Shown piece after piece: positions 1 through 10,342 of a stretch of 64,000 bases of DNA. Within the stretch, counting starts at the first letter, position 1; each line of letters opens with the position of its first letter. A program made the position numbers and the translations under genes. The notes beneath the pieces are model-generated. The model saw only the letters and a list, made by a program, of their open reading frames with translations, made no database searches and was not told where the DNA came from. The DNA lies in contig JAVZLM010000009.1 of NCBI GenBank assembly GCA_038883775.1, forward strand, positions 18,478 to 82,477, written 5' to 3'. This DNA is from Candidatus Bathyarchaeia archaeon. Its GTDB lineage: Archaea > Thermoproteota > Bathyarchaeia > Bathyarchaeales > Bathycorpusculaceae.

Positions 1-1
1 T

Positions 2-208
2 AAGGCTTATACGCTGAAGCAAATGCAAATTTCAGCCGTTCAGAGCCTACCCCTAATAGGTCCAGAAAGAGCCGAAATTTTGCTCAAAAAATTTGGAAGC
101 GTGAGACGAGTTTTCCAAGCATCAAAATGGGAACTGCTTTCTGTGAAGGGGTTAGGTGAAAAAACTGTTAGGAAGATTTTGGATTTTCTTGACGCTAAAT
201 ATCAATAA
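2..208 (+). CDS. C-terminal helix-hairpin-helix part of an ERCC4/XPF-type nuclease (5'-truncated by window edge)
   Basis: Frame open from base 2; tandem HhH motifs LPLIGPERA / VKGLGEKT with FGSVRRVF, typical of the XPF/Hef C-terminus. Confidence 0.7.
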   Translation, partial: KAYTLKQMQISAVQSLPLIGPERAEILLKKFGSVRRVFQASKWELLSVKGLGEKTVRKILDFLDAKYQ

Positions 209-226
209 AAAGAAGGAAAACTTGGT

Positions 227-649
227 TTAACCCTTAACTTCGCTGATAAACTGCTCGTAAACCTTCTGCACCCGCTCAGCAGCCGGACCTGAACCTTCTA
301 CTACGCCTTTCTCAGTCACTTTAACCTTGTCCATAACCCAAATGAAACCCTTATCCTCATAAAGCTTAACCATTGTTGGAAAAACCTTTTCAAGACGATC
401 TGCCAAAGCCTTAAGGTCGAAGGGTTTTTCCACACTCAATATTTGCGCTACAACATTGCCATTAAGGAAAACTCTATGCAAAATTTTTCCCTCTTCATCC
501 TTTGCTTCGGCGAGACATAGGCTTAAAGTGTCTGGGTTAATGCCTATTAGAGTGCCGCTAAAAGTTTTTCCTGTGGTGGTTGAAACAATCACGCTTTTAT
601 CCACCAGCGTTGTTACTTCGGTGAAAAACTTCCTCTGCGCCACTGACAA
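227..649 (-). CDS. Sm-like (Lsm) RNA-binding protein with C-terminal extension, SmAP3 type
   Basis: Sm1/Sm2 pattern (GKTFSGTLIGI..LSLCL; VFLNGNVVAQI) plus ~70-aa Lsm_C-like domain; GGAGG RBS before TTG. Confidence 0.85.
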   Translation of the reverse strand: MSVAQRKFFTEVTTLVDKSVIVSTTTGKTFSGTLIGINPDTLSLCLAEAKDEEGKILHRVFLNGNVVAQILSVEKPFDLKALADRLEKVFPTMVKLYEDKGFIWVMDKVKVTEKGVVEGSGPAAERVQKVYEQFISEVKG

Positions 650-692
650 TTTTTAACCTCCTTCTAGGGTTAAGAGTTAGAAAAAGATGTAT

Positions 693-1997
693 TTAGGATT
701 TTAACAAGCCCGACCGAACAGTTATCTTATTCTCTCTTTTCACGTAGCATTTCCTATCCAAAAAAATCGCTTTATTAGGCTCAAGGTCTTCCTGCAAGCA
801 AACACCAGCTCCAACAATGCTGTTTGGTCCAATTTTCACGCCTGGCAAAAGTGAAGCGTTAATGCCCACTTTGCAGAAATCACCTACTATGGCGCCAAGT
901 TTGTTAGTGCCAGAATCCACTTTTTCGCCTTCCACCGTAACCTTAACGTTTTTCTCGTCGAATCGGAAGTTTGCAGTTATTGCTCCAGCTCCGAAGAGGC
1001 AGTTGTCTGAAATTATGGAGTCACCTATGTAATTCTTGTGGAACCAACAATTGTCGCCTATCAAAGAATGCTTAATCTCGCTCGAAAAACCCACAACGCA
1101 GTTATCACCAACAGAAGAGTAATCTCGAACCAAAGCATTATTGCCAATAAGGCTGTTTGAACCAATATAGCAAGGTCCTTTTATAGAGGCTCCGCTAAGA
1201 ATTTTAGTTCCACGCCTAATCCAAACCTTCCCCTCAACATTCGCCCCTTCAGAAATTTCCACATCATCTTCGATTATTTTTTCCTTTATTTGCTCATCCA
1301 TTAAATGCGCATTTATGGTGAAGAGGTCCCAAGGATACTTGTAGCTGGCAAAGAATCCTTCATAGCGGGCGGCTATAACCATATTTTTGTCTTCGATAAA
1401 CTTTTGAATAGCATCCTCATATTGGTGGTCTGAAACTGGAATTTTTCGAAAATAATTAAAAATTCTCTTGGTCATCAAATAAACGCCAATAACTGCCAAA
1501 TTGCTTGGTTCAGTTCCCTTTGGCGGCTTTTCAACAAGCTTGGTTACCTTGTTGTTTTTGATTTGGATTATGCCAAACTTCCATGTTTCCTTGACGGGTT
1601 TGCATGAAAGCACTATTTCCGCTTTGCCCTTTCTAAATTTTGTAAGCATATCCTTTATCAGAGAACTTTCAAAAACGTCATCTGCATTGACAACAAAAAA
1701 GTTGTCTTCAACCAAACCTTTCGCAGCTTCAAGGGCGTTCGCCATTCCGAGAGGCTTTTTCTGAAGCGCATATTCAATACTAACCCCGAAGTTTTTTCCA
1801 TCAGCTAAATAATCTCTAATTGGCTTTCCATTTTCGCCCACTACAACTATGAAGTCTTTTAAACCAGCCTCTTTCAAAGTTTCAATCACATGATGGATTA
1901 GGGGTTTTCCCAAAATTTTAAACATGGGCTTTGGCTTCACAGCAGCTAATGGAAAAACCCTTCTTCCGCTTCCACCAGCGAGGATAACCGTCTGCAT
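693..1997 (-). CDS. Bifunctional sugar-1-phosphate nucleotidylyltransferase/acetyltransferase (archaeal GlmU-like)
   Basis: ILAGGSGRR..PL...PKPM motif, EKP motif, C-terminal hexapeptide-repeat beta-helix. Confidence 0.85.
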   Translation of the reverse strand: MQTVILAGGSGRRVFPLAAVKPKPMFKILGKPLIHHVIETLKEAGLKDFIVVVGENGKPIRDYLADGKNFGVSIEYALQKKPLGMANALEAAKGLVEDNFFVVNADDVFESSLIKDMLTKFRKGKAEIVLSCKPVKETWKFGIIQIKNNKVTKLVEKPPKGTEPSNLAVIGVYLMTKRIFNYFRKIPVSDHQYEDAIQKFIEDKNMVIAARYEGFFASYKYPWDLFTINAHLMDEQIKEKIIEDDVEISEGANVEGKVWIRRGTKILSGASIKGPCYIGSNSLIGNNALVRDYSSVGDNCVVGFSSEIKHSLIGDNCWFHKNYIGDSIISDNCLFGAGAITANFRFDEKNVKVTVEGEKVDSGTNKLGAIVGDFCKVGINASLLPGVKIGPNSIVGAGVCLQEDLEPNKAIFLDRKCYVKRENKITVRSGLLKS

Positions 1998-3427
1998 TAA
2001 AGCTCCTCCATAGTCTTTTTTAATTCTTTCACTGCGAACTGGTAAAGTTCCTCAAGTTTTTCTTCGGTTTTTGCTTCAGCAGAAACCCTTATGAGGGGTT
2101 CAGTGTTTGAAGGTCTTAAAAGAACCCACCCATCCTCATCTAACAATTTTATTCCATCCACATCTAAAAACTTCAAACCATGATCCCTAAACTTGGCTCC
2201 CAACTTTTCGATAACTGCAAACTTTATAGTGTCTGGGCATTCAAAATTTTTCTCGTGAATGGATGGATATTTGGGCAAAGAATCCACAATCTCCGAAAGC
2301 TTTTCACCACGCTTAGACAATATTTCAGCCATTTTTAAGCTTGCAAAAATTGCATCATCCATTCCATTACACTCCAGAAAATAGAAGTGGCTGCTCGTTT
2401 CACCGCCCACCAAGGCATTTTCGTCAATCATTTTATCCATGATAAAAACATGACCAATCCTTTCAACTATGGGAACTCCGCCATGCCTTCTTACAAATTC
2501 TTCAACAGCCATAGAACAACTCAATTCATAAACTATTTTTCCTCCACCTTCTTTTTTCAGCGCATCCTCAGCAAAAATCATTAGGGCTAAATCGCCTGGA
2601 ATTATCCTTCCTTTATCGTCAACAAAAACTGCTCGGTCTCCATCCCCATCATAACCAACACCAAAATCCGCCTTAGCCTCTACAACTTTCTTTTTTAATT
2701 CGCCCAGCGTCTCTTCTTTAGGCTCTGGCAAGTGTGCTGGAAATCTTCCATCAGGCTTCTCATTCAATGTCATAATATTGCAGCCTAACCGCCTAAAGAT
2801 AGATGGGACGAGCAGTCCACAAACGCCGTTGGCAGTGTCAGCAACCACACTAACTTTCTCTTCAATTTTAATTTTGTCCAAAACAAATTCCGTGTAATCA
2901 TCAAAAATTCTTTCATACTCCACCACTTTTCCCTTTTGTCTTCTAAAATTTTTAAAATCAATTGTCTTTGCAAGTTCTTTTATCTTAGCCATTTCCCCGC
3001 CATATACACATCCATTTCGCTTAAACAGTTTAAAACCGTTCCATTCTGGAGGGTTATGAGAAGCAGTAATCATCACCCCAGCATCTTTTTTTAGATGATT
3101 AATTGCAAAATAAACCAGAGGTGTCGGAACAACACCCACATCAACAACATCGCAATTAAAAACCAATCCCGACATAAGGGCATTTCTGAGAGTTTCACCA
3201 CTCAACCTAACATCTCTGCCAACAACAACATCCTTACTTATCCCCAAAAAGACACCCATGGCAGCCCCAAGAACTTTGGCAATTTCTTCCGTTAACTGTT
3301 TTTCGAATATCCCCCTAATATCGTATGCCCTAAAAATGCTTTCAAAATCTGGTCGCTCAGCAGCAGCCAATGTGATATCTCCATTTAATTCTTGTTTTGT
3401 CGTTAGTAAATGCTTTGCTAAAATCAT
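1997..3427 (-). CDS. Phosphomannomutase/phosphoglucomutase
   Basis: FRAYDIRG, ITASHNP phosphoserine motif, DGDGDR metal loop, GETSSH, RPSNTEP. Confidence 0.92.
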   Translation of the reverse strand: MILAKHLLTTKQELNGDITLAAAERPDFESIFRAYDIRGIFEKQLTEEIAKVLGAAMGVFLGISKDVVVGRDVRLSGETLRNALMSGLVFNCDVVDVGVVPTPLVYFAINHLKKDAGVMITASHNPPEWNGFKLFKRNGCVYGGEMAKIKELAKTIDFKNFRRQKGKVVEYERIFDDYTEFVLDKIKIEEKVSVVADTANGVCGLLVPSIFRRLGCNIMTLNEKPDGRFPAHLPEPKEETLGELKKKVVEAKADFGVGYDGDGDRAVFVDDKGRIIPGDLALMIFAEDALKKEGGGKIVYELSCSMAVEEFVRRHGGVPIVERIGHVFIMDKMIDENALVGGETSSHFYFLECNGMDDAIFASLKMAEILSKRGEKLSEIVDSLPKYPSIHEKNFECPDTIKFAVIEKLGAKFRDHGLKFLDVDGIKLLDEDGWVLLRPSNTEPLIRVSAEAKTEEKLEELYQFAVKELKKTMEEL

Positions 3428-3460
3428 TCAGCAACATACTATTAATTACTTTTGCGCCCA

Positions 3461-4549
3461 CTACACTTTTATTTTTAATTTATCAAAGAATCTTATCAAC
3501 TGCTTTCGTGTAGGATGCATTTTATTAGGATTAGAAATGTAATAAGCTGCAACGGCATTAGCTAACACAAGTCTACAATTGTCCGAAAGTCCGTGAGCAT
3601 CGCCTAAAATGTTTCCAGCGTTCCAAGCATCACCAGCCCCAGTCACTCTCCTAACTGGAACTTTAAAAGTTGGAACAATGGTTTCTCTCTTCTTTGTGAA
3701 TGTCGCCGAGAAACTTGTTGTGTGCAAGTCAACTCTCGCAGACAAATGTGCCGCTAAAATTCTTGCAGACTTCTTTGCCAACTCTTCAAAGGATAAACGT
3801 TCTGCCAAGGCTTTTACTTCATCATTTCTTAGATATGATGCATAACAGATCGCCTCATTTTCGTTCACACTTAATACGTCAATGCTTCTGCTCTGCAAAA
3901 CTTCCTTTATCAACTGAGGAATCTTGTGTTTGTTAGGCGTGGGATCCGCCGAATCATAATATGCTTTGCCCTGACCCTTCGCTTTTACATGATGGAAAAC
4001 TGTTTTCGCCAATTCTGTTCCAAAACGCCTTGTTCCAGCCCAATTAAAAACGCAAACATAATCCGCATTTTCCATCACACCAAAATCATCCTTACTCAAA
4101 TGATGTGGTCCAAAACTTGCTAATGCACCTACATCCCTAAGCATCACATTAACTTTTCCGCCTTCAATTTCAAATTCCATAGCGGTTGTTATAGACGCTT
4201 TGCCAATGATTTTAACATGCGAAAAATCAACTTTTTCCGATTTAAGATAAAACTTTAACAAACGCAACCCAAGCGCATCGGTGCAAACTATCGGAGTTAC
4301 CTTCACATCTAAAGCCGCAAGGGCGGAGGCGGTGTTAACAGCGTTTCCTCCTCTGAAATCCGCTTGTTCTATTCCGTCTATGCAGCCGCCTTTTCTTTGA
4401 ATTATTCTCCAAAGATTTTCTGAAAAAGCTTTGATGTTCCATTTTAGGCTGATAAAGCGGTCGAGGAAAAAATCTGGCATAACAACAACATTAAACTCCT
4501 CAATCCGTCCTTTCAAGAACTCTTTCAGTTCCTTGAGAATTTCAAGCAA
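3461..4549 (-). CDS. PfkB-family carbohydrate kinase
   Basis: GGNAVNTA and NENEA motifs, VTGAGDAW anion hole; start placed at TTG 4549 behind GGTGA (track start 4690 overlaps the next gene). Confidence 0.85.
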   Translation of the reverse strand: MLEILKELKEFLKGRIEEFNVVVMPDFFLDRFISLKWNIKAFSENLWRIIQRKGGCIDGIEQADFRGGNAVNTASALAALDVKVTPIVCTDALGLRLLKFYLKSEKVDFSHVKIIGKASITTAMEFEIEGGKVNVMLRDVGALASFGPHHLSKDDFGVMENADYVCVFNWAGTRRFGTELAKTVFHHVKAKGQGKAYYDSADPTPNKHKIPQLIKEVLQSRSIDVLSVNENEAICYASYLRNDEVKALAERLSFEELAKKSARILAAHLSARVDLHTTSFSATFTKKRETIVPTFKVPVRRVTGAGDAWNAGNILGDAHGLSDNCRLVLANAVAAYYISNPNKMHPTRKQLIRFFDKLKIKV

Positions 4550-4649
4550 AATTTTCACCAAAGATAATTTATTGTTAAATGTTGATAATACTTTTTCATA
4601 AAAGTATTTTAAGACTGAACATTTAAGAGTTAAAGCTGAGAGGATGTAA

Positions 4650-4853
4650 TTGAAATACAAAATCGAGATTTCCCTATTTCTATTAGGCATTGCCTTGTAC
4701 GTGATAAGCGTCTTTTGTTATTTTTATGAAGCTCCTTGGGAAGATATGATTCCCATGATAAATTATCCATACCAAAAATTTGCTTTGCCATTGGCGGGCG
4801 TTGCTTCCGCACTTCTAATAATTGCTGCAGCTTTATACTTGAAGAGAGCGTGA
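4650..4853 (+). CDS. Small two-TM membrane protein
   Basis: Two hydrophobic helices; divergent from the kinase, 18 bp upstream of the next gene. Confidence 0.6.
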   Translation: MKYKIEISLFLLGIALYVISVFCYFYEAPWEDMIPMINYPYQKFALPLAGVASALLIIAAALYLKRA

Positions 4854-4871
4854 AAATAAATAGGAGAAATC

Positions 4872-5570
4872 ATGTCACAAAACAAAAAAGAGTTTCTCTT
4901 AACATTCGTAGTTGCTGGCTTTTTAATGAAAATAGTAGCTGAAATCCTTCATGAAATCTTTGGACACGGCTTATTTGTATTAATATTTGGAGGAGAGATA
5001 GTTAATGTATATATTAGTGTCTTGTGGCCTTACGAGCCTTCCTACATAAATTGGCATTTGCCAAGCACCATTACACATTTGCAGTTAGTTTGGATTTACG
5101 CAGGCGGAATTGTAATATGCTTATTTGCATCGTTCCTAGTTCAAACATTTTTACTTTTGCAAAAGAAAGGTGATTGGCATTTTGCTCTTGTAGGTTTTTG
5201 GCTTGCATTTTGGACTCTTGTGAATTCAACGGGTTATCTTATTATAGGCGGCTTAACACCCTTTGGCGACGTCTACGAGCTTATTAGATTGGAAGCCTTA
5301 TCGGGCGCCATTTCTCTCTTTGCTGGTCTAATAGCGTTTATTATGGGGTTTATCGTTTTATCCTGGATTTTAAGAAAAAGTCTGCGCCATACATTTCCGC
5401 CTAAAAAGGCAAGTTTAGGCGTGGTTCTTTTCTGGTTGACAATTCCTATGCTTGGCATAATCATGAGCATTAGTCCGGAAAGAAATTTGCCAATGGTCTA
5501 TATTCCCCTCACGTTCCTTCCTACGCTGTTTTCCCTTTTTGTGGAGTATTTTTTGGTTTTATCCAAGTAA
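4872..5570 (+). CDS. Membrane metallopeptidase-like protein (M50-like)
   Basis: LHEIFGHG in TM1, AGG motif, downstream FGD ligand, ~6 TMs. Confidence 0.6.
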   Translation: MSQNKKEFLLTFVVAGFLMKIVAEILHEIFGHGLFVLIFGGEIVNVYISVLWPYEPSYINWHLPSTITHLQLVWIYAGGIVICLFASFLVQTFLLLQKKGDWHFALVGFWLAFWTLVNSTGYLIIGGLTPFGDVYELIRLEALSGAISLFAGLIAFIMGFIVLSWILRKSLRHTFPPKKASLGVVLFWLTIPMLGIIMSISPERNLPMVYIPLTFLPTLFSLFVEYFLVLSK

Positions 5571-6374
5571 AAAGTGAACAAAAATCCATACAATGTCGCC
5601 GAAGAATAGAGCTATGATTAAGCCTGCCGTGATGAAAATTAGCATAGGTAAGCCTGGAGTTGCCCAGACCATGTCTTGAATTTTTCCAGTTTCTACTGCT
5701 TTAGCTAACCTTTCAACAATGGCATTTCTCTCCTCATCTTTCGGTATGAGAACAAGCTTTCTCTTAAATCCGTCTTCAAAATTTTCTAAGTCTTCTAGGG
5801 GGTAGAGATGCCATTTTTCCTTTAGTTTATTAACGGAAACTTTGTAGCCTGTCATTAAAACCAAAAGTTTTCTCCAAAAGGATTCTTTTTCATGCTCTTC
5901 TTCGAAGAGTTTTTTGTTGGTTTTTTTGTGCCAGAATGCATTATAAAAAAGTAGGTAGATAGCTGTGGCTGCCGCTATCAAAATGGAGTTGCTGAAAACT
6001 GTTATTGGGAAAAAATTTTGGGCGATTATTGATATCTCATTTGAAATTGGCGTAAGCAAATTATTTGGGTAGAAGGGTAATGCGAGCGCTAGGCACATTA
6101 AGGCTTTGGCGTCTGCTCCTCCAAAACCGCCCAAATAAAAAAGGATTATGGCAAAAGCAGATGTTAAACCGAAGCAGATTCCATAAGAAAGCAACCGGGA
6201 GGACTCGTAGAGGTAGAGTTGTATAAAGGTTAATGTGAAGGTTGGTGGGGCGAAAAGTATCCATAGGCTGTTGCTTACTTCGCGGGTTTTGTAGTCGCTC
6301 CACGAAGCATAGAATAAGAAGGATAATGTTATAGTTGTTCTTGTGAGTGCGGTCCATATTTGCAATGGAAACAT
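5559..6374 (-). CDS. Prepilin/prearchaellin peptidase (A24, PibD/FlaK-like)
   Basis: SWSDYKTREV and GGFGGADAK catalytic Asp motifs; C-terminal VWATPGLPMLIFI; ends the pilus operon. Confidence 0.92.
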   Translation of the reverse strand: MFPLQIWTALTRTTITLSFLFYASWSDYKTREVSNSLWILFAPPTFTLTFIQLYLYESSRLLSYGICFGLTSAFAIILFYLGGFGGADAKALMCLALALPFYPNNLLTPISNEISIIAQNFFPITVFSNSILIAAATAIYLLFYNAFWHKKTNKKLFEEEHEKESFWRKLLVLMTGYKVSVNKLKEKWHLYPLEDLENFEDGFKRKLVLIPKDEERNAIVERLAKAVETGKIQDMVWATPGLPMLIFITAGLIIALFFGDIVWIFVHFLLG

Positions 6375-6468
6375 ATTTAGCCCAAAGGAAACTGTTTCAG
6401 ATTTTCCTATTTAAATGGTTTAGATAGTATTTTGGTTTTAAAAAGAGCGATTAAAGGAGAAGATGGTT

Positions 6469-6918
6469 CTAGCTTGTTGGTGCTTGTTCTGGGAATGGAC
6501 CTAAGGGCTGTTGTCCGGCTGAGGGTATAATCTTGAAGTAATACGTGATTCCAGCAGTCCAGTTATACTCTACAGTAAGCCTAACAATTTGGCCTGCTGC
6601 AAGCGAAACCGGAAGCGAAGGAGTTGTTGTTTGGTTTTGTAATGTTGTGGATGATGTTCCAATGTAAACTTGAATTATTTGGGTGTCTGAGGTTCCAGAG
6701 TTTCCCACGTCGATGTCTATTTTCTTTGTTACGCCTTCTGTGTAGAATCTTACGTTTGCTTTGTATAGGATTACGCCTGCTTGGGTTCCTGCGCTGCTCA
6801 TGTATGTCATTATCCAAGCGTATGTTACAACTATGGCGGCTACGGCTATAACTATAAGTAAGAGTGTGGCGAGGATTGGGGATATAGCCTTTTTAGTTTT
6901 TAATAGGTTTTTAGCCAT
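6469..6918 (-). CDS. Type IV pilin (probable major pilin)
   Basis: Class III signal KKA|ISPILATLLLIVIAVAAIVV; DVGNSGT motif; GGTGA RBS before ATG 6918. Confidence 0.88.
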   Translation of the reverse strand: MAKNLLKTKKAISPILATLLLIVIAVAAIVVTYAWIMTYMSSAGTQAGVILYKANVRFYTEGVTKKIDIDVGNSGTSDTQIIQVYIGTSSTTLQNQTTTPSLPVSLAAGQIVRLTVEYNWTAGITYYFKIIPSAGQQPLGPFPEQAPTS

Positions 6919-7048
6919 TTGATTTTCACCCTTTCTGTTGTTTAGGAAATCTGGAGTTTTCTTATTTAACTTGTATGAACTTTGAATATACATTTTGGAT
7001 AAGTGTATGCAGTTGATGACAGCCCGTCTATTTTGAGCTTAATGGAGT

Positions 7049-9016
7049 TTAGTTTTCTGTGGTTACTGTTATTGTTGGCAGATACTCAACAAGAACCCAT
7101 AGACCTGATTGGTTGGTGCTGCTGTATATAGGTGTTGTTCCATCAAAAGTGACAACCGCACCATACCAACATATGTCTAATGGATACTGAAAACTGACTG
7201 GAGCATTGAGGGCAGAGGCTACTGGAAGCAGCTCAATTGTTCTCGAAGTGTGGCTTACGCTGAGGCCGCCTGTGTTTTTTTCTGCTATTGCATCGAAACG
7301 GTACAACATTTCATTGGCAGCATCTGTAAACATTATTCCAAACCCTCTTGTTGCGCTTGAGCTAAGTTGAGCCCAATGATGTTGCCAAATGTTTGACATG
7401 TTATAGAATAAACCGGAAGAGTAAACTATTGGGTAACCGCTTGCTGTTCCGTTTTCTGCTAATGCCGAAAACGTGTCAGATGGAGCCCTTATTCTTATTG
7501 GGCATAAGTCCGTGATGGTTCTGGGTTGAGTGGAATTTATAAACATCAGTCTTAGCTGGTAAGTGTAATATGTTGCGTTTGCAGGAAGCGTTAAAACGAT
7601 ATGTGCGTAAAGGTTGGGACAGCCGTCAGCACCACCGCTCCATTCTGCTTCTTGGTGGATTATATCCCTAACAACTCCATGGTGAATAACATAAGCTGCA
7701 TCTGCACCATATGTACTGTTCTCTCTATTAATTCGCATAAATCTTGCAGCAGCAGTTGAACCTCCGACGGTTGATGTTACTTTAAAAACAGTTGCTTGAT
7801 AAGCCTGCTCCCACTCCCTTTTGATAGTTAAGGTTAGAATTCCATTCGTTAACACACCATTACTCGGGTTATCCCCTGCAAAGTATCTGTTGGCATATGC
7901 ATATAGTGTCTGAGTTGCCGTGTCGCTTCCGTTCCACCATATAGTGACTTTTGTAACCTTTGGATTTACAAGGAAAACTATCATTTGCCTATTGCTGAAA
8001 ACGCTTGCGTTACTGGTTAAGCCTAAGGGAATTTTGTAGTTTGAAGCCCAATCTTCTATTTGGAATGGCACCTTTTGGTTTATGCCGTTTATAGTTTGAT
8101 TAATGTGGATTGCTTTTACCGGTATTGGTGGGATAGGTTTTGCTTGTGTTGTTAACTGCAGGTTTTGTCCAAGCCATCGCATTGTGCCATTCTGAAGCAA
8201 CTCAACAACTATTGTTGCGTCCGTTGCACTTTTTAATGCTGAGTAAAGCGTATCGTTCCAGTTTAACGTGCATGTGTAGCGGTTGAAAGATGACGCAATT
8301 ACAACTATACCTCTCGGGTCTTCGACTTGCACAATAAAAGAGTATGGATCTATTCCGGAAAGTGCGGGGTCACTCATGTTGATGAGGTATGTTCCATCCG
8401 AAAATGACTTTATGCTTGTATTATTAATGGGGCTCACTGTTTTCCATGTTGAGTTCTCATATATGTAACGGTAAAATTTGAAGTTCTGTTTTCCAAGATT
8501 TATCAGATGTTCTTTTTCATCTCTGGTTACGTTTAGTTGTACTTGATTGTCCACAACAGTTTGATTCACCTGCACTGCTAACTTGCATGAAGTTTCATAA
8601 GTTACGCCATATAATCCAAGACCAGTCAAACTATAATTTATAGCCAATTTCCCCATACTCCAGCTGTCATTTGTATACCAGTAAGTGCTCAAGTCTACGC
8701 TGCTTAAATTGAATGAGGTCCCCCATTCTGGATGCATATTTGCTATGTTCACAAGCCCGCTTTGAAGGTATTTTATAGACAGTTCTTTTGCGTATGAAGC
8801 GTTTCCAGTGACCTGCAACACTGAACCATAATAGCCAATGGTGAAACCCAAAATCTGTTTTAGTGCAAGATTCGTCTCATCTATGGCGCTTAATATTTGA
8901 GGTTGATCTTGTATTGGGCTGTTGCGTATGGTGGAATAGGTGATTATAACTGTTGCTATTAGGATTACTGCAACAAGTAAAGCCGCAATAATTGAAAATT
9001 GCCCTTTATTGTTCAC
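7049..9016 (-). CDS. Large minor pilin/adhesin (655 aa)
   Basis: NKG|QFSIIAALLVAVILI class III signal; many N-x-S/T sequons. Confidence 0.75.
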   Translation of the reverse strand: MNNKGQFSIIAALLVAVILIATVIITYSTIRNSPIQDQPQILSAIDETNLALKQILGFTIGYYGSVLQVTGNASYAKELSIKYLQSGLVNIANMHPEWGTSFNLSSVDLSTYWYTNDSWSMGKLAINYSLTGLGLYGVTYETSCKLAVQVNQTVVDNQVQLNVTRDEKEHLINLGKQNFKFYRYIYENSTWKTVSPINNTSIKSFSDGTYLINMSDPALSGIDPYSFIVQVEDPRGIVVIASSFNRYTCTLNWNDTLYSALKSATDATIVVELLQNGTMRWLGQNLQLTTQAKPIPPIPVKAIHINQTINGINQKVPFQIEDWASNYKIPLGLTSNASVFSNRQMIVFLVNPKVTKVTIWWNGSDTATQTLYAYANRYFAGDNPSNGVLTNGILTLTIKREWEQAYQATVFKVTSTVGGSTAAARFMRINRENSTYGADAAYVIHHGVVRDIIHQEAEWSGGADGCPNLYAHIVLTLPANATYYTYQLRLMFINSTQPRTITDLCPIRIRAPSDTFSALAENGTASGYPIVYSSGLFYNMSNIWQHHWAQLSSSATRGFGIMFTDAANEMLYRFDAIAEKNTGGLSVSHTSRTIELLPVASALNAPVSFQYPLDICWYGAVVTFDGTTPIYSSTNQSGLWVLVEYLPTITVTTEN

Positions 9017-9018
9017 TG

Positions 9019-10341
9019 TTATACGCCTCCCACTTGTCCAAGCTGCAAAACAACAAGCCTAGTGGCATTACTTGCCGTATACTCAGAACGATAAAGCCTA
9101 GGCTTATAATCGCATAAAAGCCCCAAGGCAGTAAGCCTAATATCTGGTGTTCTGGTTAAACCCAACGCAAAAAGAGCACCAGAAACAATATGTCTAAAAA
9201 CTGCTCCAGCAATCCAGCCACTCACATTATTAAAGATACATGTTGTTATTTTCAAATTGTATGTGCTTGTTATCCATAAAGGCAATGCTCTAGTAGCGGT
9301 GTGATAGGTGGATGGGTAAATACCATAGTAATTGCAATAGTACATTGCTTCTGAAGAGAGAGGTACACTTGCTAATCCTGAATTATCGCCTGGACCACCA
9401 GTAATCCAGTTGCCATCATGTGTGTAATTTTGGTTGTTCAGTCCCCTTAGAAAAGCGTTAAGCCCAGCTGGCCCTACATATTTCATTCCATAAATTCCCC
9501 AAGTGTTATGCTCATTTGGAAATAGTGCAGTATTACTAACATAATACAATGGATAACCCACTATGCTAACCCACGTGAAATTATGTGTTCTAACTTTTTG
9601 ACCTAAAATGTAACAGTATTTTGCATATGAAGTGTGATCAGAATCATAACCTTGCGTTGCATAATAACCAGCGGGTATTGGTACCGCCTCTCCAAAAGTG
9701 TTTATGACAACAGCGTTTTGTACAGTTTCACCTTGAAGAGATGTGCCATTTAGTATTTTTCCAAGGTCTGTTGTGTTTTGCACCATTACTGTTTTTACGA
9801 AGTATGGTGATAATAGGCTGTATAGGTCTTGTGCTAGGCTTTGGGCTGTATAACCAGTAATCCACCATCCATTAGCGTCGCTGCAATTCAATATATATAG
9901 GGTTCCGCCGACTCCACTTTTTTCGCCAATCTTTTCTGGAACCACATTGAAAGTCACATTTGAAGAAGCAACCAGATAAGAGGCAGCATCAGAGCCTATT
10001 CCCAAACTTTCGGCATTAGAAATAGACTTAATGAAACAGTAAAGTTTTGGTCCACCAGTACTCAAAACTTCATAAACAGTCAAATTATAAACAATGTTTG
10101 GTGGAAGACAGGCAGAAAGGGCTATTTGCAATTCGCCCCAAGCTGGATCGTCTGGGGATTTAAACACTATTTCGCTTAAGTCGTGATCCACGTCTAACAT
10201 TTGAAGTGTTGTTAATGCAATTCTTCTCAAGTTTAATGGTGAAACCCGCCTTGGTATGGGCAAAACGGCGAAGAAAGATGATATTATGAAGGCGGCTGTG
10301 ATGATAATTATCACGAGTAATATCTCAATTGTCCGCATCAT
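9019..10341 (-). CDS. Pilin-like protein with large inserted globular domain
   Basis: MMRTIEILLVIIII N-terminal helix, C-terminal RLVVLQLG strand; start at ATG 10341 right after upstream stop. Confidence 0.65.
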   Translation of the reverse strand: MMRTIEILLVIIIITAAFIISSFFAVLPIPRRVSPLNLRRIALTTLQMLDVDHDLSEIVFKSPDDPAWGELQIALSACLPPNIVYNLTVYEVLSTGGPKLYCFIKSISNAESLGIGSDAASYLVASSNVTFNVVPEKIGEKSGVGGTLYILNCSDANGWWITGYTAQSLAQDLYSLLSPYFVKTVMVQNTTDLGKILNGTSLQGETVQNAVVINTFGEAVPIPAGYYATQGYDSDHTSYAKYCYILGQKVRTHNFTWVSIVGYPLYYVSNTALFPNEHNTWGIYGMKYVGPAGLNAFLRGLNNQNYTHDGNWITGGPGDNSGLASVPLSSEAMYYCNYYGIYPSTYHTATRALPLWITSTYNLKITTCIFNNVSGWIAGAVFRHIVSGALFALGLTRTPDIRLTALGLLCDYKPRLYRSEYTASNATRLVVLQLGQVGGV

Positions 10342-10342
10342 T

